A stretch of DNA of 64,000 bases. Source: Chrysomallon squamiferum (taxonomy: Eukaryota; Animalia; Mollusca). Location: positions 1,488,001 to 1,552,000 of the forward strand of contig CM022674.1 in NCBI GenBank assembly GCA_012295275.1, given 5' to 3'. The position numbers and the translations under genes were made by a program. The notes beneath the pieces were generated by a model. It worked only from the letters and a program-made list of their open reading frames with translations, searched no databases and was not told where the DNA came from. Shown here piece after piece: positions 39,701 through 48,445 of this stretch (position 1 is the stretch's first letter; every line of letters starts with the position of its first letter).

Positions 39701-42197
39701 ATTCTGAGAAGGATAATGTTAACCCAGAATTCCAACCCCAGGCATCGGATTCTGCCAACAGTGAATTTGTCATTGAGTCACCATCACAAAATGTTGCACT
39801 GGAAACACCAGCAGAACCTTCAGAACCCATTTCTGAAGAGGTGGAGGAAAATAAATTTATATCAGACACTGGGAATCAAGACCAGAATGCCGAGTCTGCT
39901 GAACAAGACAGCAAAACTGATGATTCTGATTCGAAACTGCCTCAAATTCAGAGACGAGGACAGAGACGAAAGGCAAGGACACCTAAGACTAAAGGAAATA
40001 AAGTTGATTCTACACAAGAACCACTTACTTCTGCTGCAGACATCCAAGAAGAAACTGAATCCACAAAATTGGAAATACAACATGAAATGAGCAGTTCTTT
40101 TATGTCTCCGAAATGGGACTTTGAAAAAACAGAAAGCGATGAGATTTCTTCTGGTCAGGATGTGCCCGTTTCTGATGAACTTAGGAATTCAAGATCTCCC
40201 AGAGGTGACAGGTCAAAAAGCCGTGGTAATTCACGAACTCGTGGGTCGTCAAGAGGGAGACGTCAGACCCGTGCCTCAGGCAAAGAGAGTAATGTCGATG
40301 GAGCAGTGGACCTCGATACAAACAAAAACATGAGTGAAGAACGCAGTGCCAGATCATCATTGTCTTTCTCTTCAGATGAAGGATTTGGCTTGAAAATTTG
40401 TCAGGGCAGTGAACTTGACTCTACTCTGGATGATGACGACAGTCAGTTTGATCAGGATCTGAAATCTGAGGGTGATGGTCATTTGGTGATTGCATCTGAT
40501 GCATCTCCACAAGACAGCTCTTTTAAAGCCCAGCGACCTACACGCCAGAGAAAGCCTACAAACTATAAAATGATGGACTCAGGAATTCCACCTTCATCAT
40601 CACCTAGGTCTACACGATCAGCAGCTTCACCAAGAGCTCAAAGAGGTGCACAGTCACCCAAGACAATAACATCTCCAAGAGGCAGAGGATCACCTAAGCC
40701 ATCAGATTTGGGCTTGCCAGTTGTCAAGCTGGAGAAGCTGGAGATTTGCAGGTCAAAGAAAAAGGATGATTTAGCAGGCAAGAAAGTCTCAAAGGAGGAT
40801 ACTGAGGATGAATCACAAAATGTTCCACTAACCTTTGATGACTGGAAATCTGGATTTGGATCAGGTTCTCACACAAGTGAAACTACATCGGGATCTAGAG
40901 AGGATATTTACAAATTTGAACTGAGTGAACAAGAACAGAAGCCTGAACTAACACTGAGACTTCGTATGAGAGGCAAGAAGAAATCTGTTGATAACGTGGA
41001 ATTAGTCAAGGCAACCGAAGACTTGAGTGCGTCCTCCGAACAGTCAGTGACTTCATCAGCAACATCAGCTTCAGTCACTGTAACATCATCTTATGTCTCA
41101 CCAGCTTTGTCAGCAGCTGCACTCAGCTCACCCCATTTCTCATTTAATACCGCAGGACCACACTTCAGTTCCCCACCTCACTCAGTCTCTGCTTCATTAG
41201 CAGCTTCCTCTGACGGAACGATTCCCATTTCATTTGCCTCTCTGCCACCAGTTACTTCCTCTCCAGTTGTGTCATCTGTACCTATCACAGTCAATTACCA
41301 GATGCCAACAGTGTCTGCACCAATATCCACACTGGCATCGACACCGTCTCGATACACACCTCCAGTCGCAACACCACTGCAGACACAGGCTCAGGCAATA
41401 GCTCACATCATGGAGTCCATAAAGGCCAAACATGCTGCAGAGCAGGAGGCTTCGCCAATGAGCAACATCGATAGGATTATTGATGCTGTGTCCAAGGGAA
41501 ATTTCAGCATGCCAGAAAGTCCAGTGGGGGAACCCAAGACTGAGGTCCACACAACACCTGTGTCCACACCTGTGACAGCTCCAGAAGGTAAATACTTGTT
41601 TGTTTTATATTTCTAATAATCTGGTAATAAAGTTTTGCAATAATATAACTAGACAATTTCCACATCATTTGTGATATCATTTTAATGAAAGGAAATGTTA
41701 CAATAAATTAGGTTGTGTAAATTAGGTTGTGGTTTAATAAGATAAATTAAATTATTTAGACTCTGAATTTAAATAATATTGAATGCACTTTTTATTTTGC
41801 TATTAATATTGCATCATGATATAACATTTAAACCATTTTAGAAGTAATTTAGTGTTTTTGAAGTGTATTTTTTTTATTTATTGAAATGAGTATATGACAC
41901 ATTCTTTTTTATTCTTTTAAAGTTCCTTTGGACAAGAATGGCATACCAAAGAAACCAGACATTTGGCGTAATCTTCGAAACAAAGAGGAAACTAAGAAGG
42001 AGGTATTCACAAATGCTGAAATGATGCGAATGACTCCTACCTCTGGTGCACCACCAATAGGAGCTCCATTTTCTGGCACAGATATTGCCGGACACATGCC
42101 ACCAATGCATGGAAGAAAAGACTTCTCAAAACAAGGACTGGTACAACAGCTGCAACAACAGCAGCAGCAATTTCATCAACAATTCCAGCAACAACAA

Positions 42198-42237
<40 letters not shown>

Positions 42238-45200
42238 TACAACAGCAACAGCATCATTTACAGCAGCAGATACCACATTCACAGCAGGAGGTTCAGAATC
42301 AAGAGCCACTCTCTCTTGTGTCGCCAGCTTCATCGGGGTCCAAAAGTCAGGAGAATGCCCTCAAAGCGTCCATGCCTGTACCTGTTTCCGAAGGAATGTT
42401 CCACAACATGCATCCGAGTTACACGTCTGCTCCAAGTTCAGTTCCTTCCAGCATGATGACTCACAGTCCAAGCCTGCCAATGGGCAAACCCTTGACTGCT
42501 CCTGCATCAATGTCTGGCAAACCTAGGTCTCTGCCACAGCCGGTAATGACCCCACCGCCAGCTCAGATGAGTCCTAATTCAGGTGTCCAGCCCCAGCGGC
42601 CTCAGAGTGTCCAGCTTCCGGTGACTCACGTGCCAACCAGCAGTCCTGATATTTCTCGAGGACCTTCCAGTGCACCACACAGCCATCCACAGATGCAGCA
42701 GATCTTGACCTCTGCAGTCAGAGAGCCACACGCACTGACATCAAAGCCCGGCAGTGTAAACATGCCTGAAGGAAAGCATCCCGAAAAATCGTACCAAGCT
42801 ATGTCCGAGTCTCCAGTGTATGTTAATATTACCCCAGGGTACATTGGTCACAGGATACCTGGCCCCCAGGCCTTCACCTTCCCGCAGGATGAAGGAATCC
42901 GTCACCACGGCCCCAATGAGATGCAGAGAGCACCAAAAGATCTCCATGCTCATAGCAAGCCTGGGGACGCGTCCAGGCTTCCTGGTCCTGACAGTGAACC
43001 ACCTGCAGGTGCACCTCTCTCAAGACAGAATCAGATGTCACCGCACGGTCACCTGTCATCACCTCATGGGCAGCTGTCACCACACGGTTACCCTGGGAAA
43101 CTCATCAGACACTCAATAACCGGAGAATTGATCTGCCCACCACTGGGAGCAGTGCATCACATGAGACACGGTGGACCAGAAATGATTCTTCATCCTTCGC
43201 AAGGAGAGCAGATACGGGCTCCGGGCCCTGGACAGCCTGTTCCTCATCCCAGTCCAGGAGAGTCCGTGAGGCATCAAACGAATAACCAGCGCAGACACTC
43301 CTCGGAGATGAGACCTCCTAGCACCGACCACCTGAGGCAGCTGGAGCAGTTGAGGCAGCAGGAGGAACAGATGCACCAGGCCCAGATGATTCACCGAATG
43401 AGGACGCCAGAGCAGCAGCTGCCTCACATGGAAGGTCAGCGGCGCGAGGAACAGCTGCGAATGGAACAGCAGATGAGGCAGATGAAAGCAGGTGAACACC
43501 CAGCAGCCGGCGAGGCAGCCCACCACGCCCGGCACCCTGACATCCTTCAGATGGAGCAACAGAGGCGTGAGGCCCACAGCAATCCTCCAAAGGACTTGCG
43601 GCAGGAGCTGCAGAAACTTGCGCACAACCAGCAAGCTGAGAGTCGACACCCTGGTCCTCACCCATCTCCTACAGGACTGGCTCCTGCTCCACAGGGAGCA
43701 GTTCCACTCCATCAGCGCAGGCATGGGCCTTTACCTGAACAGGCGTTGTGTGTGAAAACGCCACCAGCCACGACGGCAAACACCCTGTATGCTGGAGTTG
43801 TAGCAGGTCATCCAAGGTCACTGTCTCCGAAGAGTGCTAGTCCTGTTGGTCAGGTATGTACAAAGTTTATTTAGTGATAACACTTAAATTATAGACAGTT
43901 AAATTATGTAGAACTAGACATTAGGTACACCTGGAATACCGAAATAAATGATATGTAAATAACATCACTAATACTGAATATCTTTCATTATTGTTTTTAA
44001 AAAAAAGCAGAAGAATAAAGTTCTGGATCTGTGTTCTCTGTGAAATTGTTTAGTTTGGAAGAAAATAATTCTGATGAAATGTTTGTTATTGAGAATTTCT
44101 TACTTTTCTTTTAAAACAGGTGATTGAGCGTCTGCCCAATCCAATGCGCAAAGTGGAACATCCATCTTCAGCAACAAACAACAGAATGCAGATGTCCGAC
44201 ACACCTTTACAGCAGCTACGACAACAAGCTGGCAAAGGTAAAACACAAAATAATAACTCTCCTCTCTTAAATTTACAATAAAGCAAAATAATAAAAAAAA
44301 AAATAATAATAAAAATAAATAATGGAACTATCATGAAAATAAAACAGTTAAAAAAATTCTGTCTGCCTCTTTGTCTGCCTCTCTGTCTGTCTGTCTGTCT
44401 GTCTGCCTCTCTGTCTCTTTGTCTGTCTCTCTGTCTGCCTCTCTGTCTGTCTGCCTCTCTGTCTGTCTCTTTGTCTGCCTCTCTGTCTGTCTGTCTCTGT
44501 TTTTTAACTGAATTAGTTTTCGTTGTTTATCAGGCTCTGACAGGGACAGTCCACGCAGCACCTCAGCAAAGCCTGAGCATCGGCCGCCGTCACGCGAACA
44601 GATGCTGATGTTCATCCACCAGGAGAAGCAGCGACAGTTCATGATTCAGCAGGCAGAGGAGGCGCGCAAGTCACAGATGGCTGACCAGGCGATCCTGCGC
44701 GACCAGCCTCTCAACCTCAACCTCTCCGAGACCGAGCGATCCTCGCGCAAAGGGGGGTCGCAGTCGCACTCAGGTCAGGCTTCGTTGGATCGGAAGCAGC
44801 CGTCGAGTGCGTTTGTGCCACCAGGTGGCGTCATAGGTCACCGGGATCTTCCTCAAGGTGTTCCTCCCCATCTCTATGGTCCAGGCGAGATTCCAATGGC
44901 TGCGTTTGGACAAGGACCGGTCCGTTTTCCCGTTCCGGGACTGGCTATAAATCCACAGAATCTGTATGCAGCTGATTCCAGACAAGCTCAGATGATTCAT
45001 GATATCCATCAGCATCGACTACAGCAACAGATGATGGGAACACACAGGTAGGCAGAGATATATGTTTTTTACAAAATTAAACCAGTCTTGTATTATTTTT
45101 TTTTTTTTTTTTTTTTTTATATGTGAATAAAAGCAAGCGTTCATAATGTCCGTTTGTTGATCTTAAATCATTGCAGAAAAAAAAAGAACAGTGCTGACAA

Positions 45201-47675
45201 CTAAAAACTATTAATTTCAGAGCAGATTGAAATATTCATTCATTCATTCATTTGTTCATTCATTCATTCATTCATTCATTTGTTCATTTGTTCATTCATT
45301 CGTTCATTGATTTGTTCATTGATTTGTTCATTCATTCATTCAATCATTCATTGATTTGTTCATTCTTTTGTTCATTTGTTCATTCATTTGTCCATTCATT
45401 CATTCATTCATTCCAAAATCAAACACACGATAATGACGAGGGTCAATGTCTCCAGCTCTCCATCTTTCAGGTTCCAGCTGGAACAGGCGGCCGAACTGCA
45501 CGCTGCGGCCCAGCGGTCAGTGCAGGTCCAGGCAGCCAGTCGGGACGGTCAGCGCGTCATGATCACACCCGGCCCCACCCAGCCCCAGGGGGCCCGGCTC
45601 CCAGGGCAGGTGACTCCGGAGGTGATTCAGCAGCAGATGATGGCAGTGAGGATAGCTGCAGAGGGTGGGTCCACTGCTGACAACATCCACGCAGTTCTGC
45701 AGGTTGGTTGAAATTTCTCATGAATATGCATGAAGTGATGTGTTTATGAATATTCATGCCAAAAAGTAATTAGGTGAAGATGTGAGGAGTATTTTTAAGA
45801 GGGAGGATGCTTTATAAGTAGCCAGTTTGAATTAAAATGACGAATATTTCTGAGAAAATGGCCCATTAATAAGTAATAATAATAAGTAATCATAATCATA
45901 ATCATAATAATAATAATATATTTTTTTTTTCTCTCCGCAGCAATACCCAGTGGTTTGGCAAGGAGCCGTTGCCCTGAAGAATGAAAACAGTCTGGTACTG
46001 ATGCACTACATCACAGGAAACATCTCCTTACCGAAGGAGACGCTGCCGAAGCCTCTGTCTGACGGAAGCCTGCAGCCTCTCCGCATCGCACAGAGAATGA
46101 GGCTGGAGCCGTCGCAGCTAGAGGGCGTGTCCAAACGAATGCAGGTGTGTATGGGTGTTAGGTTAGATGCACAGGTGTGCAGTTAATGTTCAGGTGTAAA
46201 AAAAAATGATGTACGGGTGTAAAATTAATATAGTGATGCAAAAGCAGTGTACAAATGGAAGATTAAAGTTAATATACTCGTATTAAAATGGATACACACC
46301 AAAGAATTGTTTTAGTTTTTTATTTCATTTTTTTAAAAAAATTTTATTGTTCATTTAGTCCTTCTTTTCACTCATTCAAAAAATCATCACTTTCTCATTC
46401 ATTCATTCATTGATTCATTCGTTGATTCATTCTGTTTTCAGCTGGAGGAAGATTACTGCATTCTGCTAGCGATGCCGTTTGGTCGTGACCACAACGACAT
46501 CAGCGAACAGACGAAGTCCCTGTCTGAGGGTGTCATCCAGTATCTGCAGCAGAAGCAGGCAGCGGGCATCGTCAACGTTCCTCTACCTGGATCCACTCAG
46601 GTGAGTGACATCTGCGATAACAATCAGTGTTTTCAAACAACACTCCTTAAGCAAACTATTGCAGTCAAACTTCGGCCAAAACTTACTATTGTCACTTAAT
46701 TTTCTTGTATAATAATATTAGTATTGGTAGCAAGGATTTCAAAATTTTCCAAATTAAATCTGTCCATTTTACAGTTCTGAAATGCAGAAGGTTGTAGAAA
46801 CGTCTGCACTAACTTTTAAATGTCTTTTAAATTTGTTATATTACATTGGTGTTATAAGCAAGGGCTTCAGAAGGCAAGTAGTGTTCATGTTTTGTAAGTT
46901 AAATGTGTCCAGTTTATGATTCTGAAATCCAAAAGGTTTCTAATCAGATGCTGTGAAAGTCTGGTCCTGTAATAAAGTGTCCATTATATTTAAATTTTGT
47001 AATATTGGAGAAAGATGTTGTAACAAGGGTCACTGTTAGTGGGTGTAGTTAGCAATCTCTTAATACTTTTAGTTTTTCTTCTGTACCGTCATTTTTGTTA
47101 GGATTTCTTTTTAACAGGTAGAATCTACTATTCTTCTATAACCCCACCAAAAAAAAAAAAATGTATAAAACAAATACTACAGAATAACAATTACTGTTGT
47201 TGCTGTTACAATTGTTATTACTGCTACTAATACTACAGCTGCTGCTATTACTACTACTACTACTACTGCTGTTCCTGCTGCTACTACAATTATTACTATA
47301 TTGCTACTATAACTACTACTATTACTGCTGCCACTAACATTACTACTATACTGCTACTATGACTGATGCACCTTATTAGTACTTCTAGTATTACATCTAC
47401 TACTGCTGCCACTCATACTGCAGCTGTTGTTGTTACTGCAGCTACCACTGCCATTATTTTTCAGCTATTATTATCACAGGTGCAGACAGGTAAAATGTTG
47501 GTGTGTTAAAGATTTATTTTAATTTTTGATTTTTGGTTTATTTCAGCCTGCGTATGTCGTGCACATCTTTCCACCGTGTGAGTTTTCCAACGAGGCTTTG
47601 GTCAGGCACAATCCCCGATTAGCCGACAATGTCAGAGACCTAGCTCACGTCATGATCATCATAACAACTGTGTGA
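4102..47675 (+). CDS. SPEN: SPEN / split ends / SHARP orthologue, 18 coding exons in the window (5' partial; first exon upstream), about 5,037 aa encoded here
   Basis: Exons 4102-4356, 20686-20913, 23494-23669, 24883-24994, 25397-25485, 27821-27969, 28487-28612, 29578-29805, 30423-30568, 31055-31180, 31395-41587, 41923-43853, 44120-44237, 44534-45047, 45471-45702, 45941-46144, 46442-46600, 47547-47675 join in frame through GT-AG introns. The translation contains recognisable SPEN RRM segments ([51 protein letters not shown]) and the SPOC domain ([39 protein letters not shown]). Confidence 0.96.
5150..5670 (+). repeat. Degenerate tandem repeat of about 50-65 bp, core CCAGTGGATTATAC...GTGATTTTGAA..CATCA, about 9 units
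   Basis: Recurrent accagtggattatac, taccagtggattatg, caccaatggattacg and taccagtggattatg, each followed by tgattttgaa or tgatcttgaa. Confidence 0.75.
6590..7200. repeat. Old degenerate tandem repeat of about 40 bp (AATCAAGCAAA...TTTTACAGTATATTAAAATA)
   Basis: Repeated aatcaagca, aatccagcaaa and aatcgagcaaa, plus acagtatattaaaataa variants. Confidence 0.55.
10155..10360. repeat. Compound (TACA)n/(TTACA)n microsatellite
   Basis: Read directly. Confidence 0.9.
10746..10905. repeat. Compound (GA)n-(GTTATR)n-(TA)n microsatellite
   Basis: Read directly; explains the ER/IV-repeat ORF 10680-10925. Confidence 0.92.
11473..11486. promoter_or_regulatory. RFX X-box motif GTTGCCAAGGCAAC
   Basis: Matches GTNRCC-N(0-3)-RGYAAC; near-palindromic. 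Function untested. Confidence 0.45.
12126..12139. promoter_or_regulatory. RFX X-box motif GTTACCATGGAAAC
   Basis: Matches GTHNYY-AT-RRNAAC. Function untested. Confidence 0.45.
12420..13335. repeat. Degenerate tandem repeat of about 35 bp (AAAGGTCTAATGATATTCTGTATTTCAGTTTAA-like)
   Basis: Many variants of aggtctaatg and agatctgat followed by attctgtatttcag over about 900 bp. Confidence 0.7.
13635..13790. repeat. Degenerate repeat of about 26 bp (TAATACAAAGTA core), about 6 units
   Basis: aatacaaagtgt, aatacaaagtat, aatacaaagtac, aacacaaagtat, aatgcaaactat, aaacaaagtac. Confidence 0.65.
19120..19185 (+). mobile_element. Short fragment of the same SINE family
   Basis: tatataaaagatgttttgctgctaattaaaaaggagtagcccat parallels gagtaacccat at ~3892 and tataaaatagatcccttg at ~1388. 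Confidence 0.45.
19545..19710. repeat. (TTTTA)n microsatellite
   Basis: Read directly. Confidence 0.9.
20686..20913 (+). CDS. SPEN: SPEN exon: Ser/Arg-rich linker between RRM1 and RRM2
   Basis: GC-rich island in AT-rich intron; gtttttcag|A GGC GCA...; encodes [29 protein letters not shown]; donor AG|GTAAAA; phase 2-2 matches both neighbours. Confidence 0.88.
23494..23669 (+). CDS. SPEN: SPEN exon: linker and start of RRM2 ([13 protein letters not shown])
   Basis: Poly-T tract then cttctag|T; donor G|GTACGA (phase 1) completes Asp with the next exon, giving LPLRSSDTSLRDG. Confidence 0.9.
23674..24259 (+). repeat. 20-bp minisatellite TTACAGTTAGAAAAACAACG, about 29 copies
   Basis: Near-perfect 20-bp period starting a few bases after the donor at 23670. 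Confidence 0.95.
24511..24700. repeat. 62-bp triplication
   Basis: aatttcttaagtaaacaataactt occurs at 24521, 24583 and 24645. Confidence 0.9.
24883..24994 (+). CDS. SPEN: SPEN exon: RRM2 core
   Basis: ctcatag|AT ACA AGT TTG CGT GAT GGA; [37 protein letters not shown]; donor AG|GTAAGT. Confidence 0.95.
25397..25485 (+). CDS. SPEN: SPEN exon: end of RRM2 (too short for the ORF track)
   Basis: gtttacag|G CCT GAA GAT; [29 protein letters not shown] (cf. SPEN KALTASKGKLFFG); donor G|GTTAGT. Confidence 0.93.
25487..26130 (+). repeat. 33-35-bp minisatellite TTAGTAAACTAGTCACTTTATTCTGTTAGTAGTC, about 19 copies
   Basis: Near-perfect tandem array starting at intron position +2. Confidence 0.96.
27821..27969 (+). 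CDS. SPEN: SPEN exon: start of RRM3
   Basis: gttgtag|AA GTT GAA; [37 protein letters not shown]; donor ATC|GTAAGT. Confidence 0.95.
28487..28612 (+). CDS. SPEN: SPEN exon: RRM3 second half
   Basis: taacag|GAT GTT GAT; [42 protein letters not shown]; donor AAG|GTTTGG. Confidence 0.95.
29060..29540. repeat. AT-rich repeat of about 25 bp (ATAGATTTATTATTATCATAA) with a 77-bp higher-order unit in its 3' part
   Basis: taaaatagatttattattatcataagtaatagaaattt recurs at 29321 and 29398, with a third variant following. Confidence 0.8.
29578..29805 (+). CDS. SPEN: SPEN exon: RRM4
   Basis: gtttcag|CTT GGA TTT GGC; [14 protein letters not shown]...RYGEV...[11 protein letters not shown]...IGGKKIQ; donor CAG|GTGTGT. 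Confidence 0.96.
30423..30568 (+). CDS. SPEN: SPEN exon: end of RRM4 and C-terminal helix
   Basis: gttacag|ATC GAT TTT GCG AGT CGG GAA; [23 protein letters not shown]; donor AT|GTACGT chosen for phase-2 compatibility (3' end less certain). Confidence 0.88.
31055..31180 (+). CDS. SPEN: SPEN exon: short Arg/Gly-rich segment
   Basis: Long poly-T tract then cttcag|A TTT TCA; [27 protein letters not shown]...; donor AG|GTGAAT; 126 nt, phase 2-2. Confidence 0.8.
31395..41587 (+). CDS. SPEN: SPEN giant exon (10,193 nt): low-complexity, charged central region
   Basis: ctctttcag|G TCT ACT GAA is in frame with the 3251-aa ORF (31861-41616) and extends it 5'; donor G|GTAAAT at 41588; no in-frame stop. 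Confidence 0.93.
35989..36240 (+). repeat. Coding 21-bp repeat: 12 x heptad K(D/E)(S/G/C)(D/E)(K/R)(S/A/T)Q
   Basis: [84 protein letters not shown]. Confidence 0.93.
41923..43853 (+). CDS. SPEN: SPEN exon: polyQ and P/H/Q-rich region (1,931 nt)
   Basis: cttttaaag|TT CCT TTG GAC; matches the 648-aa ORF; donor CAG|GTATGT. Confidence 0.92.
42144..42270 (+). repeat. Interrupted CAG/CAA polyglutamine tract
   Basis: [14 protein letters not shown][16 protein letters not shown] in the 648-aa ORF. Confidence 0.92.
44120..44237 (+). CDS. SPEN: SPEN exon ([15 protein letters not shown]...QQAGK)
   Basis: ttaaaacag|GTG ATT GAG; donor G|GTAAAA; required to convert phase 0 to phase 1 between its neighbours. 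Confidence 0.87.
44359..44499. repeat. (CTGT/CTCT/CTGC)n intronic microsatellite
   Basis: Read directly. Confidence 0.9.
44534..45047 (+). CDS. SPEN: SPEN exon: Q/P-rich pre-SPOC region
   Basis: tttatcag|GC TCT GAC; in frame with ORF 44602-45051; donor AG|GTAGGC. Confidence 0.9.
45234..45412. repeat. (TTCA)n imperfect microsatellite; a shorter one lies at 46395-46431
   Basis: Read directly. Confidence 0.9.
45471..45702 (+). CDS. SPEN: SPEN exon leading into the SPOC domain
   Basis: catctttcag|G TTC CAG CTG; ends ...DNIHAVLQ; donor CAG|GTTGGT. Confidence 0.9.
45941..46144 (+). CDS. SPEN: SPEN exon: SPOC domain part 1
   Basis: ctctccgcag|CAA TAC CCA GTG; [15 protein letters not shown]...[23 protein letters not shown]; donor CAG|GTGTGT. 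Confidence 0.97.
46442..46600 (+). CDS. SPEN: SPEN exon: SPOC domain part 2
   Basis: gttttcag|CTG GAG GAA GAT TAC TGC; [13 protein letters not shown]...[22 protein letters not shown]; donor CAG|GTGAGT. Confidence 0.97.
47190..47470. repeat. Imperfect (ACT/GCT/ATT)n trinucleotide region in the last intron
   Basis: Read directly. Confidence 0.75.
47547..47675 (+). CDS. SPEN: SPEN last coding exon: SPOC C-terminus (absent from the ORF track)
   Basis: tatttcag|CCT GCG TAT; [42 protein letters not shown] then TGA at 47673-47675. Confidence 0.96.
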   Translation, partial: PAYVVHIFPPCEFSNEALVRHNPRLADNVRDLAHVMIIITTV

Positions 47676-48099
47676 GGTAGCCAGTGCGAAATTTTGGATC
47701 TTGGAAATTCCACAGGAGGAAAAAAATGAAGAAAAAAAAACACCAACGAAAAAAATGGAAAAGAAAAATGCACTTGATTAAGATTCTAGGTTCTGGTTCG
47801 GAATAAGAAAAAACCAAAAAAAAAAAAAAAAAAATACGTGGCGATTTATTTAGAGAATGCTGCTGTTATTTTGTTGTTGGTGGGTTTTTGTTTTTTTTGT
47901 TTGATTTTCTTTTCTAACCCCAATAGTGTTCAGAAAGTTCACAGGAAGGCAGAAACAAGAAGAAAAAAAAACGGAAAAGGAAAGATTTGGTTTTGTTTCA
48001 TCTAAGGACATACGAGAGCGGAATCTGAGTGCAGTGTGCTAACCCTGAAGGCAAAAAGGTTTAGTTTCATACCTACTACAGGATTATGCACAATTCGAA

Positions 48100-48445
48100 A
48101 GCATGGATACTGGATTGTTGCCATGGATTCACGATCTTTGCTGTCAATATGGATACTGGATCACGGTCATAGATATTTCAACATAATCCTGGATAAACTG
48201 GATTTTATCCATCGATATTTTCAGCGGTCATGGATCTTAGTCTTTGATGTTTCAACAATCATGGATATACTGGAGCTTAGCTATCAATATTTCAGCTTAA
48301 TCATGGAATAACTGGATCCATGCCATGGATATTTCAACTCAATCATGGATACGTGAATTATATAGCAACATGGCTGCAGATACACTCCATCATAGCCATG
48401 GATACATATCATCTTAGTCACCGATACTTAGCAATGGATATACAA
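48100..48445 (+). repeat. Degenerate repeat of about 41 bp in the 3' UTR (CATGGATA.CTGGAT....CATGGATATTTCAAC..AAT)
   Basis: 15 TGGAT counted in about 340 bp, with recurrent gatatttcaac/gatattttcagc and aatcatggat. Confidence 0.75.

Noticed and set aside
40675-40700. PRGRGSPK as an AT-hook
   Set aside because: Lacks the GRP core; better read as part of the SP(R/K) cluster.
31861-41616. 3251-aa ORF as a stand-alone intronless giant gene
   Set aside because: The frame is open back to an acceptor at 31394 and leaves by a donor at 41588; it is an internal SPEN exon.
31366-44334. Numerous minus-strand ORFs (e.g. 31366-31950, 35204-35812, 36417-36971, 43113-43724)
   Set aside because: Antisense shadows of low-complexity SPEN coding sequence with no recognisable domains.
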